From Gammaproteobacteria bacterium Ga0077536 (GTDB taxonomy: Bacteria > Pseudomonadota > Gammaproteobacteria > Ga0077536): DNA of 64,000 nt. The stretch spans positions 83,056 to 147,055 of the forward strand of contig LNEL01000055.1 of the NCBI GenBank assembly GCA_001464935.1. Direction: 5' to 3'. The notes beneath the pieces were generated by a model. It was not told where the DNA came from. It saw only the letters and a list, made by a program, of their open reading frames with translations, and did not search any database. A program made the position numbers and the translations under genes. The first letter of the stretch is position 1, and each line of letters starts with the position of its first letter. Of the stretch, positions 8,610 to 18,460 are shown piece by piece.

Positions 8610-10389
8610 CTGATTTCCCCCCCGCCAACCGCGCAATGACCTCCCGCAGGCGCTCGAGCGACACCGGCTTCGTCAGGTAGTCGTCCATGCCGGCGGCGAG
8701 ACAGCTCTCGCGATCGCCGGCCACGGCGTTCGCGGTGAGGGCGACGATGGGCACATGCCCGCCGGCAAGACGCTCGTGCGTGCGCCACGCGGCGGTGGCC
8801 TCGAAGCCGTTCATGCCGGGCATCTGACAGTCCATCAGCACGAGGTCGTAGCGGTCGGCCATCAGTTCGACGAGCGCGGCCTGTCCGTTGCCTGCGATTC
8901 GCACCTCGCAGCCGAGTGTGAGCAACATCTCGGACGCGACGACCTGGTTGACGTCGTTGTCCTCGACGAGCAGCACGCGGCGGCCCGCGATGGCCCGGGC
9001 CGGCGGCGGCGCAGCGGCGAGAGGTGCCTGCGCCGCCGCAGCCGCGGCCACCGCGAGCGGCAACGTGACGACGAAGGTCGAACCCCGGTCGGGCGTGCTG
9101 TCGAGCGCGATCCGGCCCTGCATCAGATCGATCAGTTCGGCGGTGATCGCGAGTCCGAGTCCCGTGCCGCCGGCGGCCACGGCCGCGTCGTGGACCTGGC
9201 TGAACGGCTTGAACAGCAGGGCCTGGGCGTGCTCGGCGATGCCGATGCCGGTATCGGCGATCGTGAACTCGACCAGCGCCTGCGCCGCGTCGACCTCGCG
9301 CACGCGCGCGGCGAGCCGCACATGGCCCTCTTCGGTGAACTTCATCGCATTGCCGAGCAGGTTCACCAGCACCTGGCGCAGGCGCACCGGATCGGCGCCG
9401 ACCTGCACCGGCAGCGCGGCATCGAGTTCGACGCTGAACGCGAGGCCCTTGCGCGCGGCGACCGGCGCGAACATGTCGCCGATGTCACGCAACAGCGCCG
9501 GCAGATTGAAGGATTCCCGGCGCAGGCTCATACCGCCCGCTTCGATCCGGCTCAGGTCGAGCACGTCGTTGATGATGCCGAGCAGCGACAGCGCTGACTT
9601 GCGAATCGTCGCGGCGTGGCTCAGCGCCCGTGGATTGTCCGAGCTTTCCTGCAACAGCTCGCTGAGACCGACCACCGCGTTCAGCGGGGTTCGAATCTCG
9701 TGGCTCATGTTCGCGAGAAAGCTCGACTTCGCGCGATTGGCACTTTCGGCGGCGTCGCGCGCCTGGGCCAGCGATGCCGCAAGCCCGGCGAGTTCGAGCC
9801 GCTGCAGGATGTTCCGCCGCAGGACGCCCGCGTTGACCCAGCTCATGCGCAGCAGGAAGAAACCGAACACGAAGCCGGCGAGCCCGGCGAGCGCGAGGTG
9901 AGGGTCGGCGGCGAAAAGGAAACGCAGACTGAAGGGCAGCACCGAGAAGAGCATGTAGGCGACATACGCACGGAAGTACACGCCGAAACTCGAGATCGCA
10001 CCGGCCGGCATGCCGGTGAGCAGCGACGCCAGCAGGAAATGCAGGCCTTCATCGCCGAGCGGCACCAGCAGCAGGCACGCATACCCCCAGATCGCGCCGG
10101 AGGCGGCCCCGAGCACGACGGCGGCCAGCGGCCAGTGGCCGGGGTCGTCCGCAAAATTCGGGTGCCGCCGGACGCTGATCGTGGCACCGATGCGGCATAT
10201 CCCCACCAGCGCCGTCGCCACCAGCCAGGTCACGAGCGTCACGCGATCGACGAAGGGCCAGACCGCGATCGCATAGGCCGCGGCGACGACGAACACGGAA
10301 ACCGCGCCGACAAGGCCCTGCCGCAGCAGCGTTTCCACCTGCTCGGCGCGCACGCGCGCGTCGTGCTGGCGAGTTTCGCCCGGCGTCAC
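8575..10389 (-). CDS. hybrid sensor histidine kinase/response regulator with N-terminal polytopic membrane sensor domain
   Basis: HisKA box SHEIRTPLNAV, HATPase_c region, and a C-terminal receiver domain (VLLVEDNDVNQ...DLVLMDCQMPGMNG...). Start placed at a GTG (V37) downstream of the rlmJ stop; the alternative is 10497. Confidence 0.75.
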   Translation of the reverse strand: MTPGETRQHDARVRAEQVETLLRQGLVGAVSVFVVAAAYAIAVWPFVDRVTLVTWLVATALVGICRIGATISVRRHPNFADDPGHWPLAAVVLGAASGAIWGYACLLLVPLGDEGLHFLLASLLTGMPAGAISSFGVYFRAYVAYMLFSVLPFSLRFLFAADPHLALAGLAGFVFGFFLLRMSWVNAGVLRRNILQRLELAGLAASLAQARDAAESANRAKSSFLANMSHEIRTPLNAVVGLSELLQESSDNPRALSHAATIRKSALSLLGIINDVLDLSRIEAGGMSLRRESFNLPALLRDIGDMFAPVAARKGLAFSVELDAALPVQVGADPVRLRQVLVNLLGNAMKFTEEGHVRLAARVREVDAAQALVEFTIADTGIGIAEHAQALLFKPFSQVHDAAVAAGGTGLGLAITAELIDLMQGRIALDSTPDRGSTFVVTLPLAVAAAAAAQAPLAAAPPPARAIAGRRVLLVEDNDVNQVVASEMLLTLGCEVRIAGNGQAALVELMADRYDLVLMDCQMPGMNGFEATAAWRTHERLAGGHVPIVALTANAVAGDRESCLAAGMDDYLTKPVSLERLREVIARLAGGKSATENTENTESG

Positions 10390-10430
10390 CGCCGCGTCCG
10401 CCCGGTCCAGCGCCGCCCCGGCCGGTGGCC

Positions 10431-11258
10431 TCACTCGCCGACCGACCAGCGCACGCGCGCACGCGCCGCGCCGTCGTGCTTCTCGAGCGCCACACACAGG
10501 GCCGCGAGCTCCGTCTCGAGCGGGTAGGGTGGATTGACGATTACGACCCCGGATCCCTTGAGCCCGACCGTCGTGTCCTCGCCGAACGGCATGTATTCGA
10601 TCACGAGCTGGCGGCGGATGCCGGTCGCAGCGAGGCGCTCGACGAAGCGCTGGGCCGCGAGCCGCGTCAGGATGGGGAACCAGATCGCATAGATCCCGGT
10701 TGCCCAGCGCCGATGCGACTCCGTGAGCAGGTCGACGACCTGCGCCTCTTCCTTGCGCAGCTCATATGGGGGGTCGATGAACACGAGGCCACGCCGTTCG
10801 GGCGGCGGCAACCAGGCCTTCAGCCGCGCATGGGCGTCGGCACGCTCGACCTTGACCGCCGGATCGCCCTCGAACCCGGCCGCCAGCGCGGCGTAGTCCG
10901 TCGGGTGAAGTTCGAGCAGGGCCAGACGGTCTTCCGGGCGCAGCAGCATGCGCGCGATCAGCGGCGAACCCGGATACCAGCGCAGCGGCCCGTGCTCGTT
11001 CAGTGCGCGCACGCAGTCGAGGTAGGGCACGAGCACCGGGTCGGTCGAATGCCACCACCTGGCGATGCCCTGCTCGTACTCGTGGGTCTGCTGGGCCTTC
11101 GGGTCGGCGAGGTCGTAGCGCCCCGCGCCCGCGTGGGTGTCGATGCAGACGAAGGGTTTGTCCTTGCGTTTCAACGCGTTCAACAGCAGCACGAGAACCG
11201 CGTGCTTCAGGACATCGGCATGGTTGCCGGCATGGAAGGCGTGGCGATAGCTCAGCAC
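10431..11258 (-). CDS. rlmJ: 23S rRNA (adenine2030-N6)-methyltransferase
   Basis: MLSYRHAFHAGNHADVLKH... N-terminus characteristic of RlmJ; 275 aa. Confidence 0.85.
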   Translation of the reverse strand: MLSYRHAFHAGNHADVLKHAVLVLLLNALKRKDKPFVCIDTHAGAGRYDLADPKAQQTHEYEQGIARWWHSTDPVLVPYLDCVRALNEHGPLRWYPGSPLIARMLLRPEDRLALLELHPTDYAALAAGFEGDPAVKVERADAHARLKAWLPPPERRGLVFIDPPYELRKEEAQVVDLLTESHRRWATGIYAIWFPILTRLAAQRFVERLAATGIRRQLVIEYMPFGEDTTVGLKGSGVVIVNPPYPLETELAALCVALEKHDGAARARVRWSVGE

Positions 11259-11432
11259 GTCAGTTCTTCATCCCGTTCATCGTCACGTATCATCCTGTTA
11301 ATTCACTGCTTTGTTGCGGCGCACTAACGACTCCGTCGGCTTGCTGAATGCGCTACCGGAGTGTAACGTCGGGCCCCTTCGGACGACATCAATCCAACCA
11401 ATTCCAAAGACTGACGCGGGGAGAAAGAGCTG

Positions 11433-12470
11433 ATGGGTCTTCGATTCGGCGTACTGTGGCCATTCCGCAATCCGGCATTTGCGCGCGTGCCGTGGGAACA
11501 ACTGTACCGTACACACCTCGACCTGATCGTCGATTCCGAAGCGATGGGCTTCGATGACGCGTGGTTGACCGAACATCATTTCGTCGACGACGGCTACTCT
11601 CCGTCGCTGCTGCCGATCGCCGCCGCCGTCGCCGCGCGCACCAGCCGCATCCGCATCGGCACCTTCCTCGTGCTGCTCCCGATGCACAACCCGGTGCGCA
11701 TCGCCGAGGACACCGCGACCGTCGACCAGATCTCGAACGGCCGTTTCGAACTCGGCGTCGGTCTCGGTTACCGCCGCGAGGAGTTCGAGGACCAGGGCAT
11801 TTCGCACACCGAGCGCGGCGCCCGCCTGCAGGAAGGCATCGCCGTCGTGCAGCGCCTGCTGAGCGGCGAGTCCGTCACCCTCGACGGCAAGTTCAGCAAA
11901 CTCAAGAACATCCAGATCGTGCCGCCCGCGCTGCAGCGCCCGCACCCGCCGCTGTGGCTCGGCGCCCTCGCGCCGAAGGCGATCGAACGTGCCGCGCGCA
12001 TGGGCTTCCACTTCCAGGCCGTCGGCTCGACCGCGCTCGACAAGATCTACGACGAAGCGCTGGTCAAGCACGGACGCGATCCGCGCAACTTCAACATCGC
12101 GCAGCTGCGCGCGGTGTTCGTCGCGCCGAGTCGCGAGCAGGCGTGGGAACTCGCCGCGAAGCCACTGCACTACATGGCGACCTGCTACGCGAAGTGGTTC
12201 GCCGAAGCCGCCGACAAGCCGGGTGACGAAAAGGCGATGGAAGGCATTCCGACGGTCGACGAGATGATCAAGAAGCAGGCCTTCAGCTTCTTCGGCGAAG
12301 ACGCCATCGTCGGCACGCCGAAGGACGCGATTGAAATGATCGACGACTACCGCAAGCGCGGCCGCCTGACGCACATGGTGTGCGCGACGGCGCTGCCGGG
12401 TCTGGCGCCGCACAACGTGCGCGACAGCATGGCGCTGTTCGCCCGCGAGGTCATTCCGCGCTTCCGCTGA
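11433..12470 (+). CDS. LLM class flavin-dependent oxidoreductase
   Basis: 345 aa luciferase-like monooxygenase family protein. GGGGAG RBS. Confidence 0.85.
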   Translation: MGLRFGVLWPFRNPAFARVPWEQLYRTHLDLIVDSEAMGFDDAWLTEHHFVDDGYSPSLLPIAAAVAARTSRIRIGTFLVLLPMHNPVRIAEDTATVDQISNGRFELGVGLGYRREEFEDQGISHTERGARLQEGIAVVQRLLSGESVTLDGKFSKLKNIQIVPPALQRPHPPLWLGALAPKAIERAARMGFHFQAVGSTALDKIYDEALVKHGRDPRNFNIAQLRAVFVAPSREQAWELAAKPLHYMATCYAKWFAEAADKPGDEKAMEGIPTVDEMIKKQAFSFFGEDAIVGTPKDAIEMIDDYRKRGRLTHMVCATALPGLAPHNVRDSMALFAREVIPRFR

Positions 12471-12655
12471 ACAACACGACAATAACGACATTCCTAGTGA
12501 GACTGATGCCGAGGAGCCTGAAGCCCGGGCCCCTCGGTTTTTTTTGCCTGCGATTTGGCCAGCCGGCCCGCGCCGTCCACGCCTGACTTGCAATTACACG
12601 CAGCCGCCCGCATGTCTGTCCCAGGCGTGTCGCCCAGTCATTCGGAACCGTCCTC

Positions 12656-13090
12656 ATGAGCCAGCCCGTCCATGTCGTGTGCCCACACTGCGTCACCACC
12701 AATCGCGTGCCTGCGGCGAGGCTCGGCGAGCAGCCCAACTGCGGCCATTGCAGGAAGCCGCTGTTCAACCAGCATCCAATGACGCTGACCGGCGCCAATT
12801 TCGATCGCCATCTGAAGGTTGACGATCTGCCGCTGGTCGTCGACTTCTGGGCACCGTGGTGCGGCCCCTGCCGCACGATGGCGCCGGCCTTCGAACAGGC
12901 GGCGGCGCAGCTCGAACCGCACTTCCGGCTCGGCAAGCTGAACACCGACGAAGAGGTCGAGATCGCGGGCCGTTACGGCATCCGCAGCATCCCGACCCTG
13001 ATCGTCTTCAAGCTCGGCCGCGAAGTGGCCCGTCAGGCCGGTGCGATGCCGGCAGCGGCGATGGTGCAATGGATCCGGCAGGCGGGCTGA
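12656..13090 (+). CDS. trxC: thioredoxin 2 with N-terminal zinc-finger
   Basis: CPHC...CGHC zinc-finger followed by the WCGPC active site; 144 aa. Confidence 0.85.
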   Translation: MSQPVHVVCPHCVTTNRVPAARLGEQPNCGHCRKPLFNQHPMTLTGANFDRHLKVDDLPLVVDFWAPWCGPCRTMAPAFEQAAAQLEPHFRLGKLNTDEEVEIAGRYGIRSIPTLIVFKLGREVARQAGAMPAAAMVQWIRQAG

Positions 13091-13430
13091 ACGCCGCCAC
13101 GCCGGGCCTCGATGCATCACGCCATCCCGCTCGTCGCCCTCCTCGCCCACGCCCTGCTGCTCGCCTGCGCCCGTCATTTTTCCGACTCTGTCACGGCCGC
13201 CGTCGCCGGCACGGTATAAGCGCCGCTGTGGCCGGTGTCCGCCCGGCTGGGTGCTCGTCGCGATGAGATGGGATGCGGCGTGAACCCTCGTCGTCACTGC
13301 CCTCACGCGGCGTCACCGCTGACAGCGTCTGACCCGTCCGCGAACGCTCGACTGGACCACTCGACGGCGCAAGAATCGACACTCTCGCGTGCCGATGGTC
13401 GCGGCACGCGGCCCAACCCAGGTATCCGCC

Positions 13431-14216
13431 ATGTCTGCCGAACATCGAGTCGACTACACCGTTGAAGACCGCGTCGCCCGCATTGCGCTGAACCGTCCGC
13501 CGGTCAACGCCATCGATCACGCGATGATCGACGCGATACACGTTGCGCTGCGCCGCGCCGACGCCGATCCGGACGTGGGCGCGATCATCATCACGAGCGC
13601 CCTGCCCGGGATGTTCTGCGGCGGCATGGATCTGCGCATGGTGCTGGCAGGCGACACCTCGGATCTGCGCGCCTTCGTCTACAAGTTCTACCTGGACACG
13701 CTGAATCTCCAGTATGCGCTGACGAAGCCGACCATCGCCGCGATCAATGGCCCCGCGCGCGGCGCGGGCATGACGCTCGCGATTTCCTGCGACGTGATGC
13801 TTGCAGCAGACGATGTCGACGTCGGCTACCCCGAGATCGACATCGGACTCATTCCGGCGATTCATTACGTGCACCTGCCGCGCCAGATCGGTCGCCACAA
13901 GGCCTTCGACCTGCTGTTCGGCGGCAAGCCTGTCCCGGCGACGGAAGCCGCCGCGCTCGGCATCTTCAACGAAGTGGTGCCACGCGCGGCACTGGCCGAC
14001 CGCGCGACGGCGATGGCAAAGATTTACGCGGCCAAATCGCCGGCGATCATGGCGCTCGGCCGGCAGTCGTTCATGCGCGCGAACGATCTCGACTACCGGC
14101 GCAACGTCGAGAATCAGATCGAAACCCTGTGCAACGTGTTCTCCACGCCGGACGCGCGCGAAGGCCTCGCAGCGTTCCTCGAGAAGCGGCCACCGCGCTG
14201 GCAGCGGCCGGACTGA
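13431..14216 (+). CDS. enoyl-CoA hydratase/isomerase family protein
   Basis: Crotonase fold. Start set at M15 (MSAEHRVDYTVED...). Confidence 0.75.
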   Translation: MSAEHRVDYTVEDRVARIALNRPPVNAIDHAMIDAIHVALRRADADPDVGAIIITSALPGMFCGGMDLRMVLAGDTSDLRAFVYKFYLDTLNLQYALTKPTIAAINGPARGAGMTLAISCDVMLAADDVDVGYPEIDIGLIPAIHYVHLPRQIGRHKAFDLLFGGKPVPATEAAALGIFNEVVPRAALADRATAMAKIYAAKSPAIMALGRQSFMRANDLDYRRNVENQIETLCNVFSTPDAREGLAAFLEKRPPRWQRPD

Positions 14217-14256
14217 CCGCACATCGGGGACGCCCGGCGTCGGTGTGGGGCGCCCG

Positions 14257-14907
14257 TCACGCCGGATCGCGCGGTGTCAGTCCGAGCACGATGTCGAATC
14301 GGGCCTGCCATTCGCCGGGCGCCGTATCGCCGGCCGCGATGAACGGCACGATCACGGCGCGGCGCTGCGCCTCGTCGGCGATGTGATTGAGCAGCCAGTC
14401 GCGCGCGTTCAGGGCCTCGCCTGCGACATACAGCTGCGTTGTCAGCAGCGGCTGTCGCCGATGCCATACCCGGCAATGGATGTGCGGCGCGCGTCCCGGA
14501 TAAGCCACGGGCCGGAGGGTGCGAAACGCATATTCGCCGCGCGCATCGGTGCGGGTGTGGCCGTACCCCTGAAACCCGCGGTCGCGCCGCGCGGCGCGCG
14601 CACCCTCGGCCGGGTGCAGGTAAATGCCGTTGGCATCGACCTGCCAGATCTCGACCACGGCCTGTGCGAGCGGCCGGCCGTTCAAATCGAGCACCCTGCC
14701 GGTCAGGTGCGTGACCTCCCCCAGCGCCCGCGCTGCGGCAGCCCCAACCTGCACGAGATCGTGATCGCGTTCGGACGGCAGCGGGTCGGGATAGAACGGC
14801 CCTTCGGCCTGGCGCGGCGTCGCGACAAGCGCCGCGCCCATGGCGCCCGCCGGCACCAGCAGGCCGGCGGCACCCGCGATGAAGCGACGCCGGCTGAGCG
14901 GTATCAC
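14257..14907 (-). CDS. Tat-signal intradiol ring-cleavage dioxygenase-like protein
   Basis: GTG start overlapping the stop of the upstream gene (GTGA). N-terminal SRRRFIAGAAGLL twin-arginine motif. Dioxygenase-like core (EGPFYP...HIH...). 216 aa, embedded inside a 550-aa junk ORF of the track. Confidence 0.6.
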   Translation of the reverse strand: MIPLSRRRFIAGAAGLLVPAGAMGAALVATPRQAEGPFYPDPLPSERDHDLVQVGAAAARALGEVTHLTGRVLDLNGRPLAQAVVEIWQVDANGIYLHPAEGARAARRDRGFQGYGHTRTDARGEYAFRTLRPVAYPGRAPHIHCRVWHRRQPLLTTQLYVAGEALNARDWLLNHIADEAQRRAVIVPFIAAGDTAPGEWQARFDIVLGLTPRDPA

Positions 14908-15944
14908 GGTGTCGGCGGCGGCTCGGCGACGCCGAGATGGAACACCCCGTAGCCGGGCAACACGAACTGATTGCTCGCGAGGCCGAGGATGCGCGCCGGC
15001 ACGGTGGATGAGATCGGCTTTTCTTCCTCGGTCAGCGGATTGGCGATCACGCCGATGACCTCGCCTGCCGCGACCTCCTCGCCGATCAACTTGCGCGAAA
15101 TGAAGATGCCGCCGTGCTCGGTGCGGATCCAGAACGACTTGCGATACACCGGCTGCTCGGCGCGCCGTTTGTCGCCGGGCAGCATGTCGAGATTGACGAG
15201 TGCGAGCGTCAGGGCGCGCGACGCCTGTTCGACGTACGGCGTCTGCACGGTGGTCGCCTCGCCGAACTCGAAGCTGACGGCGGGAATGCCGGCCTCGGTC
15301 GCAACCCGTCGCAGCATCCGTCGACTGCCGCGCTTGAACATCACGGGCGTATCGCCGAAATGCCGTACGAAGCGGCGCACGCGCTTGTCTTCGAGATTCG
15401 CGCGCAACTGCGGCAAATTCGAGCGATTGAACGAGCCGGTGTGGAAGTCGACGAGGTAGTCGCAATGCGGCGTGACGATGTTCGTCCACAGCGCATTCGC
15501 GATGCGATCGGCAAAGCTGCCGTCGGGCCGCCCGGGGAAATAGCGATTCAGATCGCGTCGGTCGGGCGTTTCGCGCGCGCCGCGCGTGAAGGCCAGCAGA
15601 TTCACGACGGGCACGCCGATCAGCGTGCCCTTCAGCGCTTTGACATCGACACTGTGCAAGGTACGACGCACGACCTCGATGCCGTTCAGTTCGTCGCCAT
15701 GAATCGCGGCGGTGAGGCACAGCGTCGGGCCGGCGCTGGCGCCATGCGCGATCAGGACCGGCGTGCTCAGCGTGTCCCCCGCGTAGGACTCGCCGAGCGC
15801 GAGCTGGCGCTTGGCCAGCGTGCCGGGCGCCACCGTTCTGCCGAGCAGTTCCAGCGGCGCATTCGGTGCGTCGCCGGCCAGCACCGGCAACACCGCAACA
15901 GCCGCGCACATCGTCATCACCAGGGCCGTCAACCGCCGAAGCAT
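14904..15944 (-). CDS. succinylglutamate desuccinylase/aspartoacylase (AstE/AspA) family protein, secreted
   Basis: 346 aa with a signal-peptide-like N-terminus and the zinc carboxypeptidase-like AstE_AspA signature (HGDELNG...FHTG). Confidence 0.75.
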   Translation of the reverse strand: MLRRLTALVMTMCAAVAVLPVLAGDAPNAPLELLGRTVAPGTLAKRQLALGESYAGDTLSTPVLIAHGASAGPTLCLTAAIHGDELNGIEVVRRTLHSVDVKALKGTLIGVPVVNLLAFTRGARETPDRRDLNRYFPGRPDGSFADRIANALWTNIVTPHCDYLVDFHTGSFNRSNLPQLRANLEDKRVRRFVRHFGDTPVMFKRGSRRMLRRVATEAGIPAVSFEFGEATTVQTPYVEQASRALTLALVNLDMLPGDKRRAEQPVYRKSFWIRTEHGGIFISRKLIGEEVAAGEVIGVIANPLTEEEKPISSTVPARILGLASNQFVLPGYGVFHLGVAEPPPTP

Positions 15945-17740
15945 GCCTTCACCGCCTCCCGTCCGTCGCGACGGACCGCTTTGAATTTCCTGAAGAACGA
16001 TTCATCGATCTTGCGCAGCGCCGGCTTCGTGTCGGCCTTGCGATAGCGCGTCAGATGGCCCGGGCCGCCGTTGTAAACCGCGTAGGCGGCACGCGCAAGA
16101 TTGTCCGGATTGCCGGTCTTCTCATGCTCGCCGCGCTTGATCGCATAGTCGACCAGGTAGTGAACGAGGATCTCATTGCCGGCACGGGCGTTGTAGGCCG
16201 CGTCGCTGGCCAGTGCATTCAGATCGTAGACACCGCGCCAGACGTGTTTGTTGATCTGCATGATGCCGACCGAGCCGACCGACGACTGCAGCGTGTCGAT
16301 CTTGCCGTGGCGAATCTCGAACTGCCGCCAGCAGGTTTCCATGTAGGCTGTGGCCGGCAGCAGGGTTTCGTAGAGCTCGATGAACTCGCGCCGCACCTTG
16401 CCGCGCTTTTTCTCCGCCGCGGCGATCGCGTCGAGCAGCTTTTCGACCTGGCGGAGATAGGCGTCGAGGTCGTCCGCGCGCGGGACCCAGCCCTGCAGCT
16501 TCTGGCCCAGCGCCGGATCGACCGTCACCATCGCATGGGCGGGCGGCACGAGCAGGTCGAGCCAGTTCAGCTGCGGCACCACCGGGGTTTCGACTTCACG
16601 ATCGAAGCCGAGCAGTTCGCGCAGTTCAGGGTCCACGGCCGTGGTATAGGCGAGGCTGTCGTCGCTGACGGCCGGCAGCAGGGTGCGCGCGAGCCTGCGC
16701 AGCGTATCGCGATCGATGCGAAAGCCGAGCTGCGGCGCCACGCGGTCGATGCTCTCCAGCGCATCGGCGGCCGACACGAAACTCAACAGCTGCAGCGATT
16801 CCGCCGCCGGCAGATCGCGACCGAGCTCGCGCATCACGGGCCGCAGCCGCCGCCAGGATTGGCGGAAGAGTCCGCGCACCGGATCGCGCCCGGCGTCGCT
16901 CGCCAGCGCCGCCAGCAGATCGTGACGCGCATCGAGCAGGATCGCCGCCAGCGTCTCGCGCAGCGCAGGCGACCGCGTGAGCGCCAGTTGTTTCACGAGC
17001 CAGGTCGCGAAGACATCCCAGCTCTGCCAGGCGTCACGCCATTGTGCGAGTTCCTCGATCGTCAGCGCCGGCTCGGCGCCCGGCGCGGTCCAGCCGGGCG
17101 GCGGTGGCGGGGCCGTGACGCCGATATCGATGTTCAGCGCCTCGACGCTTGCCACGGCGGCGAGCACACGCACCGACGAGAGCACCGACTCGAGCTGCAC
17201 CGCGTCGGCGCCACTGTCACGCAGCAAGGTCTCCGCGGCGGCGAGCGGCGGGCCGAGATCGACTTTCAGCGTATCGAGGCGTGGATGCACGTTCTCCTTG
17301 ATCCAGCGCCACAGCACGCCCGGGACGGCACTCTTCTCGCCTTCCGCATTCAGAATCTTGGAATCGGTGACGCGGAAGCCGATCACGCGCTGGCCATCGA
17401 GCACCTGTGGTGCCTGCGTCGCCTCCAGCACACCGTTCCATTCGAACAGCGGCAGGCATCGCCCCTGCGTCAGCGGCGTACCGCTGCGCGAGACGACCCG
17501 TGTGCGAATGACGATCCGGCCGGCGCCGCCTTCGACTTCGGGATGGGACAGCGTCAGCACGTTGCAGGCGTTCTTGCCCTCGAGCACGCGCGCGGTCTGC
17601 TCGGGGCCGATGAAGATCTGTTCGATCAGTGCCGCGCGAACGAGGCCATAGTTGACGGGCAGATTGAGGACGAGCTCGTCGGCTGCGGCGCCCGCGGTCA
17701 CGCCGACCATCAACAGCGCGGTGGCGACGAAGCGGCGCAT
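15929..17740 (-). CDS. lytic transglycosylase domain-containing protein
   Basis: Signal peptide, long N-terminal domain, C-terminal SLT domain (ESSVGSVGIMQI...YN). Confidence 0.75.
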   Translation of the reverse strand: MRRFVATALLMVGVTAGAAADELVLNLPVNYGLVRAALIEQIFIGPEQTARVLEGKNACNVLTLSHPEVEGGAGRIVIRTRVVSRSGTPLTQGRCLPLFEWNGVLEATQAPQVLDGQRVIGFRVTDSKILNAEGEKSAVPGVLWRWIKENVHPRLDTLKVDLGPPLAAAETLLRDSGADAVQLESVLSSVRVLAAVASVEALNIDIGVTAPPPPPGWTAPGAEPALTIEELAQWRDAWQSWDVFATWLVKQLALTRSPALRETLAAILLDARHDLLAALASDAGRDPVRGLFRQSWRRLRPVMRELGRDLPAAESLQLLSFVSAADALESIDRVAPQLGFRIDRDTLRRLARTLLPAVSDDSLAYTTAVDPELRELLGFDREVETPVVPQLNWLDLLVPPAHAMVTVDPALGQKLQGWVPRADDLDAYLRQVEKLLDAIAAAEKKRGKVRREFIELYETLLPATAYMETCWRQFEIRHGKIDTLQSSVGSVGIMQINKHVWRGVYDLNALASDAAYNARAGNEILVHYLVDYAIKRGEHEKTGNPDNLARAAYAVYNGGPGHLTRYRKADTKPALRKIDESFFRKFKAVRRDGREAVKACFGG

Positions 17741-17793
17741 ACCGGTGAGGTGTCGGGAGTGCCGGCCCGCGCGGGGCGCGCCGGCGGGGCAGA

Positions 17794-18393
17794 TCAGCCC
17801 GACACGCCGAAGGCGCGGCGCTGGGCGAGAAAGGTGTCGACGTTGCAGGCCATGATCAGCAGATCGTGGTATTCGCCGTCGCGATCCTTCACTTCGTCCT
17901 TCAGCAGCGCCTCGGGCTGGAAGCCCAGTTCCTGGAACAGCGCCCGGGCGCCCTGTTGATCGGGCGTCATGCGGGCGACGACCTTCTCGATACCGAGCGC
18001 GAGCGCCATGTTGAACGCCTCGCGCGTCAGCAGGCGGCCGAGGCCGGCGCCGCGCGCCCGATCGGCTGTCGCGACCCGCAGATCGGCCACGTGCTTGGAC
18101 CAGTCGAGTTCGGTCAGATGCAGCGACGAGTAGCCGGCGATGCCGTGATCGTCCTCGCAGAGAATGGTGTACATCGCGCCACGCGTCACGGCATCGATCC
18201 AGCGTGCGAGGCCTTCGGGCTTGGTGATGTCACGTCGCATGAACAGCAGATCGTGTGGCGGCAGTTCCAGCGCGAAGTTGCGCAGGCGTTCGCCATCGTC
18301 GACGGTCATCGGACGCAGCGTGTAACCGACGCCCTTCAGTTTCATCTGCAGTGGATAGTTCTTCCACGCTTCGGCCACTTTCGCTTGCGCCAT
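17794..18393 (-). CDS. GNAT family N-acetyltransferase
   Basis: Start at M7, nine nt after GAGGAG. Acetyltransferase fold with an R/Q-x-x-G-x-G/A motif (RARGAGLGRLL). Confidence 0.7.
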   Translation of the reverse strand: MAQAKVAEAWKNYPLQMKLKGVGYTLRPMTVDDGERLRNFALELPPHDLLFMRRDITKPEGLARWIDAVTRGAMYTILCEDDHGIAGYSSLHLTELDWSKHVADLRVATADRARGAGLGRLLTREAFNMALALGIEKVVARMTPDQQGARALFQELGFQPEALLKDEVKDRDGEYHDLLIMACNVDTFLAQRRAFGVSG

Positions 18394-18460
18394 GATCGAA
18401 AGACTCCTCAAAAAACGGTGCGAAGGCGCGTGACCGGCGCTTGCGCGCCGGCCGCTACGC

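Noticed and set aside
15866-17959. 697-aa + strand ORF (also 15114..16046, 18542..19315 and 20202..21092)
   Set aside because: Antisense to the AstE-family, lytic transglycosylase, phaC and hydrolase genes. No RBS, extreme Arg/Gln/His content, no domain signal.
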